A DNA stretch of 64,000 bases, from NCBI GenBank assembly GCA_016235805.1, contig JACRIY010000105.1, positions 4,727 through 68,726 of the forward strand. Reading direction: 5' to 3'. Below are positions 46,550-60,135 of this stretch, in pieces. A program made the translations under genes and the position numbers. This stretch comes from Rhodocyclales bacterium. GTDB lineage: Bacteria > Pseudomonadota > Gammaproteobacteria > Burkholderiales > Rhodocyclaceae. Every line of letters begins with the position of its first letter. Positions within the stretch are counted from its first letter, which is position 1. The notes beneath the pieces were generated by a model. The model had not been told where the DNA came from. It worked only from the letters and a program-made list of their open reading frames with translations, and did no database searches.

Positions 46550-47059
46550 TCAGTTCGCGGCGGCGAGCGGTCCGACGGCCGAGCCATCGCGTCTGGCGAG
46601 ACGCTGGTGTTCGAAGCTCCGGACCAGGGGGGCCAGTGCTGCCACGTTCCTGGCAAAGATCACGGCGCAGGTGTTGTGGTTGCCGCACATCACGGCTTCC
46701 GCCAGTTGTCCGACCATGTCGAAGTCGAAGGGAACGGTATGCAGGGGGATTGAAACGGTCTTGCCGGCGAGTTGCCCAGGGTTGTTGCGAATGCCGTGGG
46801 CCAAGGCAGGGAGGCGCGGATCGATCTGTTCCTGGATCAGTTTGGTCGGTTCGCCGGGGTCGCCGAGGCGGCAGGAAATGGCTTGCTTGCCGTCATAGGC
46901 GCAGTACCAGACCGTCGAATCGATGGCGATCGGCTTGTTGCGATATTCGGAGTCGGGGGTTGTTGCTTGAACCCGTTTGGGTCGGGCGGCGCTGGCGTCA
47001 GCGGGGGCGAAACAACACGAGGCAAGAATCACAAGACCGATCAGCAAATTCCATTTCAC
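46550..47059 (-). CDS. Exported hypothetical protein downstream of a c-di-GMP riboswitch
   Basis: GTG start after GAAGGGA, signal peptide MKWNLLIGLVILAS..ADA, four Cys in the mature part. Confidence 0.7.
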   Translation of the reverse strand: MKWNLLIGLVILASCCFAPADASAARPKRVQATTPDSEYRNKPIAIDSTVWYCAYDGKQAISCRLGDPGEPTKLIQEQIDPRLPALAHGIRNNPGQLAGKTVSIPLHTVPFDFDMVGQLAEAVMCGNHNTCAVIFARNVAALAPLVRSFEHQRLARRDGSAVGPLAAAN

Positions 47060-47112
47060 GAAACTTTCCCTTCTATCGAGTTGAAAATACTCGCCTGCCA
47101 GGGATTTCCCTC

Positions 47113-47205
47113 GCTCCGGCGACCCCGCTGGCATTGCCTGTTCGGCTTTAGCCCGGAAGCTTTGCGTCCCAGCCTTTCGGCTGGTTTGCCCTTTTGATAC
47201 GGTGC
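47113..47205 (-). ncRNA. c-di-GMP-I (GEMM) riboswitch
   Basis: Minus strand reads GCACCGTATCAAAAGGGCAAACCAGCCGAAAGGCTGGGACGCAAAGCTTCCGGGCTAAAGCCGAACAGGCAATGCCAGCGGGGTCGCCGGAGC: GGCAAACC-GAAA tetraloop-GGGACGCAAAGC, receptor-like CTAAA, AGCGGGG..GCCG, P1 GCaCCG/CGGaGC. Confidence 0.93.
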
Positions 47206-47232
47206 AAGAAGCACTACTTTCAATACGGTTTC

Positions 47233-47261
47233 ATTATTATCATTAAATTCGAATATGTCAA
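47233..47261 (-). promoter_or_regulatory. Putative sigma70 promoter for the riboswitch transcript
   Basis: TTGACA-N17-AATAAT on the minus strand, about 30 nt upstream of the aptamer. Confidence 0.6.
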
Positions 47262-47319
47262 GCGCTTTATCATTTATGCAATTAAATTTTTGGATCAAAA
47301 GTCGATGATTCTTCTGTGT

Positions 47320-47356
47320 TTTATTTGACAAATAAACATAAATGCAGCGCTATAAT
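47320..47356 (+). promoter_or_regulatory. Promoter with 20-bp spacer and a palindrome over the -35
   Basis: TTGACA 47325-30, TATAAT 47351-56, inverted repeat TTTATTTG-A-CAAATAAA 47320-36. Confidence 0.6.
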
Positions 47357-47396
47357 CCACTCAACTGCTTGAACTGGATGTGGAAAAAGTGAATAT

Positions 47397-48008
47397 ATGA
47401 AGAATCGCGGTGATCCTGCGAACGACGGCGATTACTTGACGACGCGCGAGGCGGCCGAACTGCTGGGCGTCGCCTTGCGCACGGCGCAGCTATGGGTCGA
47501 GGCCGGGACCTTGCGGGCCTGGAAAACCGCTGGCGGTCATCGTCGCATTACCCGCGAGTCAGTGAACGCCCTGCTGGCGCGGCAGGCGGCGGCAAAATCC
47601 GGTACTCCGGAAGCGGCGGTAGCCAGCCGCGTCTACCATGTACTGGTGGTCGATGATGATGCCTTCATGAGGGAGATCCTCGTCAGCACGATCCGCAGCT
47701 GGAACCTGCCTCTCACGGTCAGTTCTGCCGAGGACGGATTCGCCGCGCTGCTCCATATCGGTGGCACGCGCACCGACTTGTTGCTGGCCGATCTGGTGAT
47801 GCCGGGGATGGACGGCTATCGGATGATCCGTTACCTGCGCGCAATGCCTGAGGCACGTCTTATCGACATCATCGCAATCTCGGCCAAGGATCCTGAAGAA
47901 GTCGCCCGGGACGGCATGCTGCCTTCCGACGTCCCGTTGCTGGGCAAGCCGGTCGATTTCGAACGGCTCGAGGGGCTGGTCGCACAGCGCATGGCCGCGA
48001 GACGCTGA
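47397..48008 (+). CDS. Excisionase-like (HTH_17) DNA-binding domain plus receiver domain regulator
   Basis: YLTTREAAELLGV...W...KTAGGHRRI; REC motifs VVDDD, LADLVMPGMDG, KP. Confidence 0.88.
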   Translation: MKNRGDPANDGDYLTTREAAELLGVALRTAQLWVEAGTLRAWKTAGGHRRITRESVNALLARQAAAKSGTPEAAVASRVYHVLVVDDDAFMREILVSTIRSWNLPLTVSSAEDGFAALLHIGGTRTDLLLADLVMPGMDGYRMIRYLRAMPEARLIDIIAISAKDPEEVARDGMLPSDVPLLGKPVDFERLEGLVAQRMAARR

Positions 48009-48119
48009 TCTACCGAAGCCTCAGGCCGGAAAGTCGGCGCTGACGCCACGGGCATCCAGTCTTCGGAAGCCGCCAGGAGATGAGTTTCGGGAGGCCATGG
48101 CCGCCGCCGGGCCAGGCCA

Positions 48120-49088
48120 TCATGCCTTGGCGGTGCGCCGGTAAGCGTCGATTTCCCCGTTCGCCAGCAGTCCCTCATAGAATGCGACGCGATTGCGGCC
48201 GTGGGTCTTGGCGTAATACAGGGCCTGGTCCGCGTGTCCCAGCAATTCGACCGGAAAAGACGTGTCCCGAATCTCGGTGATGCCGATACTCACCGTCACC
48301 TTGCCGACCTGCGGAAACACGTGGTTCTCGATCGATATGCGCAGCCGCTCGAAGGTCAGTTCCGCGTCGCGGCGATCGTCGACATAAACGATCACGACGA
48401 ATTCTTCGCCGCCGAAACGATAGATCAGGTCCGATTTGCGGAAGGTGCTTTGCAGGATGCGGGCAAGGATGATCAGCACCTCGTCGCCATGAAGATGGCC
48501 GAATCGATCATTGACGCTCTTGAAGTGGTCGATGTCGATCTCCCCCATGAAGAAGGAGCCGGTGCCTTCGCCGACCTTGCGTTTCGATCTCTCGCCTGCG
48601 TGGTCCTGGTACGAGGCGCGGATCAGGCCGAGTGCGCGGTCCAGCTGGTCGTCGAACGTGGTTCGATTCAGCAGTCCGGTGAGTCGGTCTACCTGCGAAT
48701 CGCGCAGGACGCTGAGATAGTTGTCATAGACGCGAAACAACTCCGTCATCAGCGTCCGCTCCTCCTCCGAGAGTTGCGGCTGGCGGTGCACCAGCAGGTA
48801 GCCAAGCACCTTGTGCGCATGGCTCATGATCGGAAAGGAAGTCACCCCTTCCGTTCCGATGAGTTCCGAGAACGGTTCGGGAAAGTCGGTCTGCGAGACG
48901 ATGCCTTCGCGTAGCGACGTCGAAAACACGGGTACATCGTCGTCGCCGATATGAAAGATCGCGGCCCAGTCCGGGGCGAACAGGTCGGCGACGGTCTTGA
49001 GCAAGCTGGTTTCGAGCAGGCTTACGTCGCGGTGCCGGGTGAGCGCCGCGATCATGCTGACGATTCTGGGCGTAGACAGCTGATTCAT
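48120..49088 (-). CDS. Cytoplasmic diguanylate cyclase (GAF-like N-terminus plus GGEEF)
   Basis: DRLTGLLNR, DIDHFKSVNDRFGH..GD, RKSD I-site, GGEEF, ADQALY.AK..GRN. Confidence 0.9.
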   Translation of the reverse strand: MNQLSTPRIVSMIAALTRHRDVSLLETSLLKTVADLFAPDWAAIFHIGDDDVPVFSTSLREGIVSQTDFPEPFSELIGTEGVTSFPIMSHAHKVLGYLLVHRQPQLSEEERTLMTELFRVYDNYLSVLRDSQVDRLTGLLNRTTFDDQLDRALGLIRASYQDHAGERSKRKVGEGTGSFFMGEIDIDHFKSVNDRFGHLHGDEVLIILARILQSTFRKSDLIYRFGGEEFVVIVYVDDRRDAELTFERLRISIENHVFPQVGKVTVSIGITEIRDTSFPVELLGHADQALYYAKTHGRNRVAFYEGLLANGEIDAYRRTAKA

Positions 49089-49270
49089 GGGCAATGTCCA
49101 TTGTGGTTTGCTTCAGGGTGCAAAGTGTCTCAGGGCTCGTTGCCGATTGCAATTCGTACCGTCCACCGGCAGGCGTGGCGCGCCGGCGGCTGGATCGGCC
49201 AGCGGTTGCGCGGGTATAATTCCGGCTTCTGCATAGCGTCTCCGGCTTTCACCCGCCCCGGTATTTGATC

Positions 49271-53209
<3,939 letters not shown>

Positions 53210-53237
53210 GGCGAAAGTCGGCGCCGGCGACACGGCG

Positions 53238-53272
53238 AAAACGACAACGGGAGCCTCGGCTCCCGTTGTTGT
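53238..53272. terminator. Probable bidirectional terminator between purL and the PPIase gene
   Basis: AAAACGACAACGGGAGCC-TC-GGCTCCCGTTGTTGT. Confidence 0.75.
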
Positions 53273-53290
53273 CTGCATGCTTCGGTCGGC

Positions 53291-54091
53291 TTATTCGACC
53301 TTGGCCTTGGCGCGCAGGTCGTCGATGTGCTTCTGCACATGGCGTTGCTGCAATTGCTGGCCGATCTGGGCGCGGGCTTCTTCGATTCCCGGCAGTTTGA
53401 GTTCGCGGGTGTCTTCGAGCTGGATTACGTGCCAGCCGAAATCGGTCTTGACCGGAGCCTCGGTGAACTTGCCTTTTTCGAGTTTGGTCATGGCGGCCGA
53501 GAAGGGCGGCACGAAGGAAGCGGGGTTGGCCCAACCCAGATCGCCGCCGCGTTCCTTGGAGCCCGGGTCCTTCGAATCCTTGGCCAGGTCTTCGATCTTT
53601 TCACCCTTCTTCAGCTTGGCGATGATCGCCTTGGCTTCGTCTTCCTTTTCGACCAGGATGTGGCGCGCCTTGTATTCCTTGCTGCCCAACTTCGACTTGA
53701 TCGTCTCGTACTCGGCCTTGATCTGGTCCTCGGTGACCGGGTGGGTGCGGACCCAGTCGTTGAGGTAGGCGCCGATCAGCACGCCCTGGCGCGCCAGGTC
53801 AATCTGGCCCTGGATTTCCGGCTTCTTGTCGAAGCCTTTCTTGATGGATTCCTGCGTGAGGATTTCACGGCGAACGAGTTCTTCGGTAACCGCCTTGCGC
53901 AAGTCCGGGGAGTCGGGTTGGCCCTGCGCGGCCTGGCCGGCGATCAGCGCATCGGCGCGGACTTTTGGAATGGCCTTGCCATTCACGGTGGCGAATGTCG
54001 CGGAATCGCTCTTCTTCTGGGCAAAGGCGGGCGCTGCGCCGATGGAAACGGCAAAGGCAAGCAGGAGGGCGTGGCGGAGGTTACGGTTCAT
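53291..54091 (-). CDS. Periplasmic parvulin-type (PpiC) peptidyl-prolyl isomerase
   Basis: Signal peptide, ARHILV, GGDLGW, FGWHVI. Confidence 0.92.
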   Translation of the reverse strand: MNRNLRHALLLAFAVSIGAAPAFAQKKSDSATFATVNGKAIPKVRADALIAGQAAQGQPDSPDLRKAVTEELVRREILTQESIKKGFDKKPEIQGQIDLARQGVLIGAYLNDWVRTHPVTEDQIKAEYETIKSKLGSKEYKARHILVEKEDEAKAIIAKLKKGEKIEDLAKDSKDPGSKERGGDLGWANPASFVPPFSAAMTKLEKGKFTEAPVKTDFGWHVIQLEDTRELKLPGIEEARAQIGQQLQQRHVQKHIDDLRAKAKVE

Positions 54092-54117
54092 CGTGGTTCC
54101 TGAGGTGGCGGGGGGGA

Positions 54118-54381
54118 TTATTGTTCGTCGGGAGTCTTCGCGGTGATGCCAAGCGCGTGGATTTCCCGCTTCATTAGCGGGCCGAGCGCATCATACACCA
54201 AGCGATGACGCTCCATTGTGCGCAGCCCGGCGAAGCGCGGGGAGACGATGGTCAGCATGAAATGCCCGCCGCCGCTGCGGGCGCCGGCGTGTCCGGCGTG
54301 TCTGGCCGAGTCGTCGATCACGTCGATGCGTAGCGGATCAAGTGCGGCAAGGCTGGCACGAATGGCGTCGATCACGCTCAT
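54118..54381 (-). CDS. bolA: BolA family protein
   Basis: [22 protein letters not shown]. Confidence 0.92.
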   Translation of the reverse strand: MSVIDAIRASLAALDPLRIDVIDDSARHAGHAGARSGGGHFMLTIVSPRFAGLRTMERHRLVYDALGPLMKREIHALGITAKTPDEQ

Positions 54382-54686
54382 GATCTGGGGAAAACCTGGC
54401 GGAACGGGCGCACCGTGACGCGGGCATAGACGCCGGCTGCGCGATAGGGGTCGGCATCGGCCCAGGCTTGCGCTTCCGCCAGCGATCCGAACTCGGCGAC
54501 GATCAGGCTTCCAGAAAAGCCGGCCGGACCCGGATCGGGGCTGTCGATTGCGGGGAATGGGCCGCCCAGTGCGAGGCGGCCGGCAGCGTCCAGTTCGGTC
54601 AGTCGCGCCAGATGCGCCGGGCGGGATGCGAGACGCCGCTCAAGGCTGTTCGGTACGTCTTCGCCGACGATGGCGTAAAGCATCAC
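54378..54686 (-). CDS. yciI: YciI family protein
   Basis: [23 protein letters not shown]. Confidence 0.9.
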   Translation of the reverse strand: MMLYAIVGEDVPNSLERRLASRPAHLARLTELDAAGRLALGGPFPAIDSPDPGPAGFSGSLIVAEFGSLAEAQAWADADPYRAAGVYARVTVRPFRQVFPRS

Positions 54687-54741
54687 GATTCTCCTGAAAT
54701 TCCGCGCGCGGCGGTGTTGTGGCGCGCAGGTATCTGGGTGC

Positions 54742-55314
54742 TCATTCCTTTTTTGTGGCTGCAGGCTGAGGCACCGGCTGCTCTTTCTCGTCCGGGATGT
54801 AGCGCGCCAGAAAGAGTCCCTGCAGGACGATGAAGACGACCATCAGGCCCATGCCGCCAAACAGCTTGAAGCTGACCCAGGTATCGGTGCTGAAGTTGAA
54901 GGCGACCCACAGGTTGAGCACGCCCATCACCGCAAAAAAGCCCATCCATGCGTAATTGAGCCTGGCCCAGATAGGCTCCGGAAGCTCCATCTGCTGTTCC
55001 AGCATGGCTCGGATAAGGTTCTTGCCGAAGAAGCGGGCGGAGCCGAACAAACTCGCAGTGAACAGCCAGTACAGTATCGTCGGCTTCCACTTGATGAAGG
55101 TCTCATCGTGCAGGATCAGTGTCGCGCCGCCGAACACCACGACCAGACCCAGGCTGACCCAGAGCATCGTGTCCACCTTGCCGTGGCGATGCCAGACCCA
55201 GCCGATCTGCGCGATGGTGGCGACGATGACCACGACGGTGGCGACGTAGATGTCGAATGCCTTGAACGCAGCGAAGAAGAGGATGACCGGAAAAAGGTCG
55301 AAAAGGAATTTCAT
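54742..55314 (-). CDS. ispZ: Inner membrane septation protein IspZ/YciB
   Basis: [24 protein letters not shown]. Confidence 0.93.
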   Translation of the reverse strand: MKFLFDLFPVILFFAAFKAFDIYVATVVVIVATIAQIGWVWHRHGKVDTMLWVSLGLVVVFGGATLILHDETFIKWKPTILYWLFTASLFGSARFFGKNLIRAMLEQQMELPEPIWARLNYAWMGFFAVMGVLNLWVAFNFSTDTWVSFKLFGGMGLMVVFIVLQGLFLARYIPDEKEQPVPQPAATKKE

Positions 55315-55331
55315 GGGATCGATTCTAGCGG

Positions 55332-55730
55332 CTACTTCTGTTTGTCGAGGTTGATGGAAGCCGAGTTTATGCAGTAGCGCAGCCCGGTGGGCGCCGGGCC
55401 ATCCAGAAAAACGTGGCCCAGGTGGGATCCGCACGCACCGCAGGTGACCTCGGTACGGCGCATGAAATGGGAATTGTCCTCGACCTCGTCGATCTGGCTG
55501 GCATCGACCGGGGCGGTGAAGCTGGGCCAGCCGCAGCCGGAATCGAATTTTGTCGCCGACGAGAACAGCGGTGCGCCGCAACCGATGCAAAGATAGGTTC
55601 CAGGGTCCTTGCAGTTCCAGTATTCGCCGCTGAAGGCCCGTTCGGTGCCCTTTTCGCGGGCGACGTGGTATTGCATGGGCGTCAGTTGCGCGCGCCATTC
55701 GGCATCCGTCTTCTTGATTCTGCTGCTCAT
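55332..55730 (-). CDS. msrB: Peptide-methionine (R)-S-oxide reductase
   Basis: [36 protein letters not shown]. Confidence 0.97.
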   Translation of the reverse strand: MSSRIKKTDAEWRAQLTPMQYHVAREKGTERAFSGEYWNCKDPGTYLCIGCGAPLFSSATKFDSGCGWPSFTAPVDASQIDEVEDNSHFMRRTEVTCGACGSHLGHVFLDGPAPTGLRYCINSASINLDKQK

Positions 55731-55856
55731 GGTGGCCTCCGGGGGGCTGACTATAATCGCGGCCATGGCGATCGAGACCCGGCAGCATATACAAAAAACC
55801 CCTTTCCCGGCGCTTGCCACCGGGGCTGTGCGCCAGGCGGCCACTTGGGGCATTCG

Positions 55857-57110
55857 ATGCGCGTGACCGTGCTCGGTGCCGGCGTCGTGGGCGTCACCAG
55901 CGCCTGGTATCTCGCGGCCGACGGACATGAAGTTACCGTCATAGAGCGCCAGCCGGGGCCGGCGCTTGAAACCAGCTTCGCCAACGGCGGGCAGATATCG
56001 GTCAGCCACGCCGAACCCTGGGCCAATCCTCGGGCTCCGCTGAAGGCGCTGAAATGGATGGGGCGCGAGGATTCACCGCTGCTGTGGCGGATGCGCGCAG
56101 ATCCGGCGCAATGGGGCTGGGGCCTGCGTTTCCTGCGCGAATGCACGGCAAGCAGGGCACGCGCCAATGTCGGCGCGATCGTCAGGCTCGGTCTCGCCAG
56201 CCGGGCAGCGCTGCAGGCATTGCGCCGGGAACTGGCGCTGGAATACGATCATCTGGAGCGCGGCATACTGCATTTCTATACCGATCCGCGGGAATTCGAG
56301 CACGCCCTGCCGCAGGCCGCTCTGATGCGCGAGTTCGGCTGCGAGCGCGTACCGAAAACGGCCGCCGAATGCCTCGCCATCGAGCCTGCACTGGCAGGCT
56401 CACGGCTGCCTGTGGTTGGGGGTACCTACACCGCGAGCGACGAATCTGGCGACGCCCGGCGCTTTACCGAAATCCTGGCACACAAGGCGGCGCTGCTGGG
56501 CGTGCGGTTTCGCCATGGCGAAGTCGTCGTCGCCCTGGAGCGCGCGGCCGGTCGGGTAAGCTCCGTGCACCTCGCTTCGGGCGAGAAATTGGCCGCCGAC
56601 CTCACCGTGCTGGCACTGGGAAGCTACTCGCCACTCTTGCTGCGACCTCTTGGAGTCAGGTTGCCGGTCTATCCGGCAAAAGGGTATTCGGTGACTCTGA
56701 AGGTGCCGGAAGCCGCCGTGGCGCCGACCGTAAGCCTTACCGACGACGGGCACAAGATCGTCATGTCGCGTTTCGGCCAGCGGCTGCGGGTGGCGGGGAC
56801 CGCCGAGTTCAACGGATATGACACTTCGCTGAATTCCGCGCGTTGTGCAGCCCTGTTGCGCCGGATCGGCGAGCTTTTTCCCGGACTGGCCGGCACCGGA
56901 GACGCGGAATACTGGGCCGGGCTGCGTCCCTCGACACCGGGCAACGTACCGTTGGTCGGCCCGTTGTCCGGCGCGGGATTGGACGGCCTGTGGCTCAACA
57001 CCGGGCACGGTACCCTGGGCTGGACATTGGCATGCGGTTCGGCAAAGCTGCTGGCGGACAGGATTGCCGGCCGCGATCCGGGTTTGGACCCGGCGCCCTA
57101 CGACTATTGA
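55857..57110 (+). CDS. dadA: D-amino acid dehydrogenase
   Basis: [33 protein letters not shown]. Confidence 0.93.
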   Translation: MRVTVLGAGVVGVTSAWYLAADGHEVTVIERQPGPALETSFANGGQISVSHAEPWANPRAPLKALKWMGREDSPLLWRMRADPAQWGWGLRFLRECTASRARANVGAIVRLGLASRAALQALRRELALEYDHLERGILHFYTDPREFEHALPQAALMREFGCERVPKTAAECLAIEPALAGSRLPVVGGTYTASDESGDARRFTEILAHKAALLGVRFRHGEVVVALERAAGRVSSVHLASGEKLAADLTVLALGSYSPLLLRPLGVRLPVYPAKGYSVTLKVPEAAVAPTVSLTDDGHKIVMSRFGQRLRVAGTAEFNGYDTSLNSARCAALLRRIGELFPGLAGTGDAEYWAGLRPSTPGNVPLVGPLSGAGLDGLWLNTGHGTLGWTLACGSAKLLADRIAGRDPGLDPAPYDY

Positions 57111-57179
57111 GTGTGGCTCGAATCGCCGTGCCGCCAGCGACCGAAGGAACTCCCTGTGGGGCGCCGACTTTTCAACCGT

Positions 57180-58352
57180 TCAATGCAGGTGCCGCGGCGC
57201 GGATTCCGCCTGCTCTTCGGGCATTTCCGCGTGCACGGGTTCGCCTTCGGGATTGGGATAGAGCGGGGCACCGCAGTCATCGCAGAATTCGAGCGGGAAA
57301 CGCTGGTCCAGGACCATGACGCTGCCGATTCCGGCTTCGCGCAGCGTCGACTCGATCTGCGTCGGCGCGTCATTGTTCTCGTCCTCGCTTTCCAGCAGGG
57401 GCCAGACCACGCCATGCAGCACATTGCTGTCGCCGCGTCGCGTAAAGCCGATGCGGTATTCCTCGAGTTGCCGATCATGGAAGGGGGCGACCACGGCCCG
57501 CAATTCGGTGCCCGGCAGGTTGAGCACGGTCTGCAGGAAGGCCACGGCGGCGCGCAGCGACCAGGGGCGCGAGGCGCGATCGGCATCGCGTACGGCGGCG
57601 TGGTAGGCCAGTATCGGTAGATACTCGACGGCACAGGCCGGCAGCAGCGGGCGCAGCGCCTCGCCACCCTGCTGCGCCCATTGGCGAAAGGATTCGGCCG
57701 GGTCGCCATCGTCCTCCTGCCAGCGGAACAGCGCCGCTCCTTGTGGTGCCGCGACGGCGCCAAGGACATAGCGGGTGTCCGAGAGAAAGCTCATGGTTTC
57801 CTGCAATTGCGCGGTGTCGATCTTCAGGTTGCGGCCATGGATCGCTGATTTGGCAAGTTTTTCCGCAAGCTGGGCGGTCTCGACGTAGTTCTGGGGCAGC
57901 TGGTCTGGGCTGTAGAGCACGTCCGCGAGCGCCAGCCTGGCGTCAGCGGCGAGGACGTGTGCCTGCAGATGAACGCGCAGCGAATCGAGCTGGACCTGTG
58001 GAATGTTGCCCGAGGGAATCTGGAAGCGTGACCAGGCCAGCAAGGGGGCCGCGATCAGCACCACGTCCAGCCCGTTCGCGGCATCGGCGCGACGGGTTTC
58101 GGCACAGGACTCGACCATGTCGGCCAGTTCATCGTAGGCGCGGGATCCGTTGTTGTACAACTGGTCGAGCACGGCGACCAGGGTTTCCTCGGCGCCATCG
58201 GCGAACAGTCGATCGATCTGTGCGGCAAGGCGGGTTTCCCACCAGGCATCCTCGATCCGGTTCGATGACTGGCCGAGGCGGGTTGCCAGCCGGAGGAGCA
58301 GTTCGGTGTCCGGCGTCTGGCGGGCGCGGCGCGGATGGCGGTTGCGTTTCAT
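57180..58352 (-). CDS. Conserved betaproteobacterial protein (DUF2863-like)
   Basis: IED.WWE, LYSPDQLP, EYRIGF, GVVWPL, C-terminal FCDDCGAPLYP. Confidence 0.75.
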   Translation of the reverse strand: MKRNRHPRRARQTPDTELLLRLATRLGQSSNRIEDAWWETRLAAQIDRLFADGAEETLVAVLDQLYNNGSRAYDELADMVESCAETRRADAANGLDVVLIAAPLLAWSRFQIPSGNIPQVQLDSLRVHLQAHVLAADARLALADVLYSPDQLPQNYVETAQLAEKLAKSAIHGRNLKIDTAQLQETMSFLSDTRYVLGAVAAPQGAALFRWQEDDGDPAESFRQWAQQGGEALRPLLPACAVEYLPILAYHAAVRDADRASRPWSLRAAVAFLQTVLNLPGTELRAVVAPFHDRQLEEYRIGFTRRGDSNVLHGVVWPLLESEDENNDAPTQIESTLREAGIGSVMVLDQRFPLEFCDDCGAPLYPNPEGEPVHAEMPEEQAESAPRHLH

Positions 58353-58479
58353 GGAAATGACGGGCCGAAAGGAGTACCGGCGTAAGCCGCGGGCAGCGAT
58401 TTTACCAGTAGGTGCGATGGTCGGCGGGTACCGATAAGCTGATAAAATCCGCATGTTTTTTCGCCAGCGGTGGTCTCCA

Positions 58480-59118
58480 ATGTTTTCCAGATTGATGCCC
58501 AAAGAAGCCAAGTTCTTCGATTTGTTCAATGCGCATGCGGATCTGATCGTAAAAGGTGGCCGCCAACTGGTGGCCCTGGTGGATGACCTGGGCAAGGGCC
58601 CGGAAGTTCTGGCGCAGCACGTGCAGGCGATCGACGAGATCGAAACCACCGCAGACAAGATCACCCACGAAACCATCGCCTTATTGCATACGTCGTTCAA
58701 CACGCCGCTCGATCGCGATGAAATTCACCAGCTGATCATGCGCATGGACGACATCCTCGACCTGATCCAGGATTTCGCCGAGGCCATGTACCTTTACGAC
58801 ATCCGCCAGCTCACGCCCGAAGCGCGCCAGTTGTCGGACATCGTTGCCTCCAGTTGCGAGCGGGTCAGGTCGGCGGTGGTGCTGCTGCACAAGATGGACA
58901 ACGCGCCGGCCATGCTCAAGCTCTGTCGCGAAATTGACCAGCTCGAGTCCGACGCCGACCGCGCGATGCGCACCGGCATCACCAAGCTGTTTCGCGAAGA
59001 GGCGGACGTGCGCCTGCTGATCAAGATGAAGGGCATCTATGAACTCCTCGAATCGGTCACCGACCGTGCGGAGGACGTGGCCAACATCATCGAGGGCATC
59101 ATCCTCGAGAATTCCTGA
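58480..59118 (+). CDS. DUF47 phosphate transport regulator (Pit accessory)
   Basis: E..AD.ITH, TPLDRDEI, MDDILD, TDRAEDVAN; upstream of pit. Confidence 0.9.
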   Translation: MFSRLMPKEAKFFDLFNAHADLIVKGGRQLVALVDDLGKGPEVLAQHVQAIDEIETTADKITHETIALLHTSFNTPLDRDEIHQLIMRMDDILDLIQDFAEAMYLYDIRQLTPEARQLSDIVASSCERVRSAVVLLHKMDNAPAMLKLCREIDQLESDADRAMRTGITKLFREEADVRLLIKMKGIYELLESVTDRAEDVANIIEGIILENS

Positions 59119-59127
59119 GCGACCGCC

Positions 59128-60135
59128 ATGCAAGCGGTCGAGATGAGTCTGACGGTAATCGTGGTTCTGGTGCTGCTGGCACTGGCCTTCGATTTCATGA
59201 ATGGTTTCCATGACGCCGCCAACTCGATCGCCACCATCGTATCCACCGGCGTATTGAAGCCGCAGCATGCCGTCGCCTGGGCGGCGTTCTTCAACGTTGC
59301 GGCGGTGATGGTGTTCCAGCTCAAAGTTGCCAGCACCATCGGCAAAGGGACCATCGATCCGGCGATAGTGGATCATTACGTCGTGTTCGGCGCGCTGATC
59401 GGCGCCATCGCATGGAATGTCATCACCTGGTATTACGGGATCCCGTCGAGTTCCTCGCATGCGCTGATCGGAGGCCTTGCCGGCGCGGCCATGGCCAAGG
59501 CCGGTACCGGTTCGCTGGTGTGGGCCGGCATCGGCAAGGTGGTTGCGTTCATTCTCGTCGCGCCCCTGCTCGGCTTCCTCCTCGGCGGGGCGCTGATGGT
59601 CGTCGTCGCCTGGCTCAACAACCGGAGCACGCCACGCAAGGTGGACAAGAGTTTCCGCCGATTGCAGCTGGTTTCGGCTGCCGCCTACAGTCTCGGTCAC
59701 GGCGGAAATGACGCGCAAAAGACGATAGGCATCATCTGGATGCTGCTGATCGCTGCGGGCATATCGAAGACAGGCGAGTCTGTGCCGAACTGGGTTATTT
59801 TCAGCTGCTACACGGCGATGGGTCTGGGTACGATGTTTGGTGGTTGGCGCATCGTCAAGACCATGGGGCAACGAATCACCAAACTGCGCCCGGTTGGCGG
59901 CTTCTGCGCCGAAACCGGTGGCGCGATCACGCTGTTCATGGCGACCGGACTTGGCATTCCCGTATCCACCACGCACACCATCACCGGCGCCATTGTCGGC
60001 GTCGGAACGTCGAAAGGGCCTGGCAACGTGCGCTGGGGCGTGGCAGGCAGCATAGTCTGGGCCTGGGTACTCACCATCCCGGCAAGCGCCCTGATCGCGG
60101 CAATCGCCTGGTGGTTCGGCCGCTGGGTACTGTGA
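59128..60135 (+). CDS. pit: Inorganic phosphate transporter, PiT family
   Basis: NGFHDAANSIAT, PSSSSHA, HGGNDAQK, PVSTTH. Confidence 0.95.
   Translation: MQAVEMSLTVIVVLVLLALAFDFMNGFHDAANSIATIVSTGVLKPQHAVAWAAFFNVAAVMVFQLKVASTIGKGTIDPAIVDHYVVFGALIGAIAWNVITWYYGIPSSSSHALIGGLAGAAMAKAGTGSLVWAGIGKVVAFILVAPLLGFLLGGALMVVVAWLNNRSTPRKVDKSFRRLQLVSAAAYSLGHGGNDAQKTIGIIWMLLIAAGISKTGESVPNWVIFSCYTAMGLGTMFGGWRIVKTMGQRITKLRPVGGFCAETGGAITLFMATGLGIPVSTTHTITGAIVGVGTSKGPGNVRWGVAGSIVWAWVLTIPASALIAAIAWWFGRWVL

Noticed and set aside
47056-47331. 91-aa ORF across the AT-rich region whose stop overlaps the downstream GTG
   Set aside because: It runs through the promoters and the riboswitch aptamer, has a TTG start without an RBS, and is better explained as non-coding
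47397-48008. Excisionase as evidence of a prophage or integrative element
   Set aside because: The HTH is fused to a receiver domain, and no integrase, att site or tRNA is visible
55332-55730. Selenocysteine (TGA read-through) in msrB or other redox genes given the sen locus
   Set aside because: The catalytic residues are encoded as Cys and no in-frame TGA interruptions were seen
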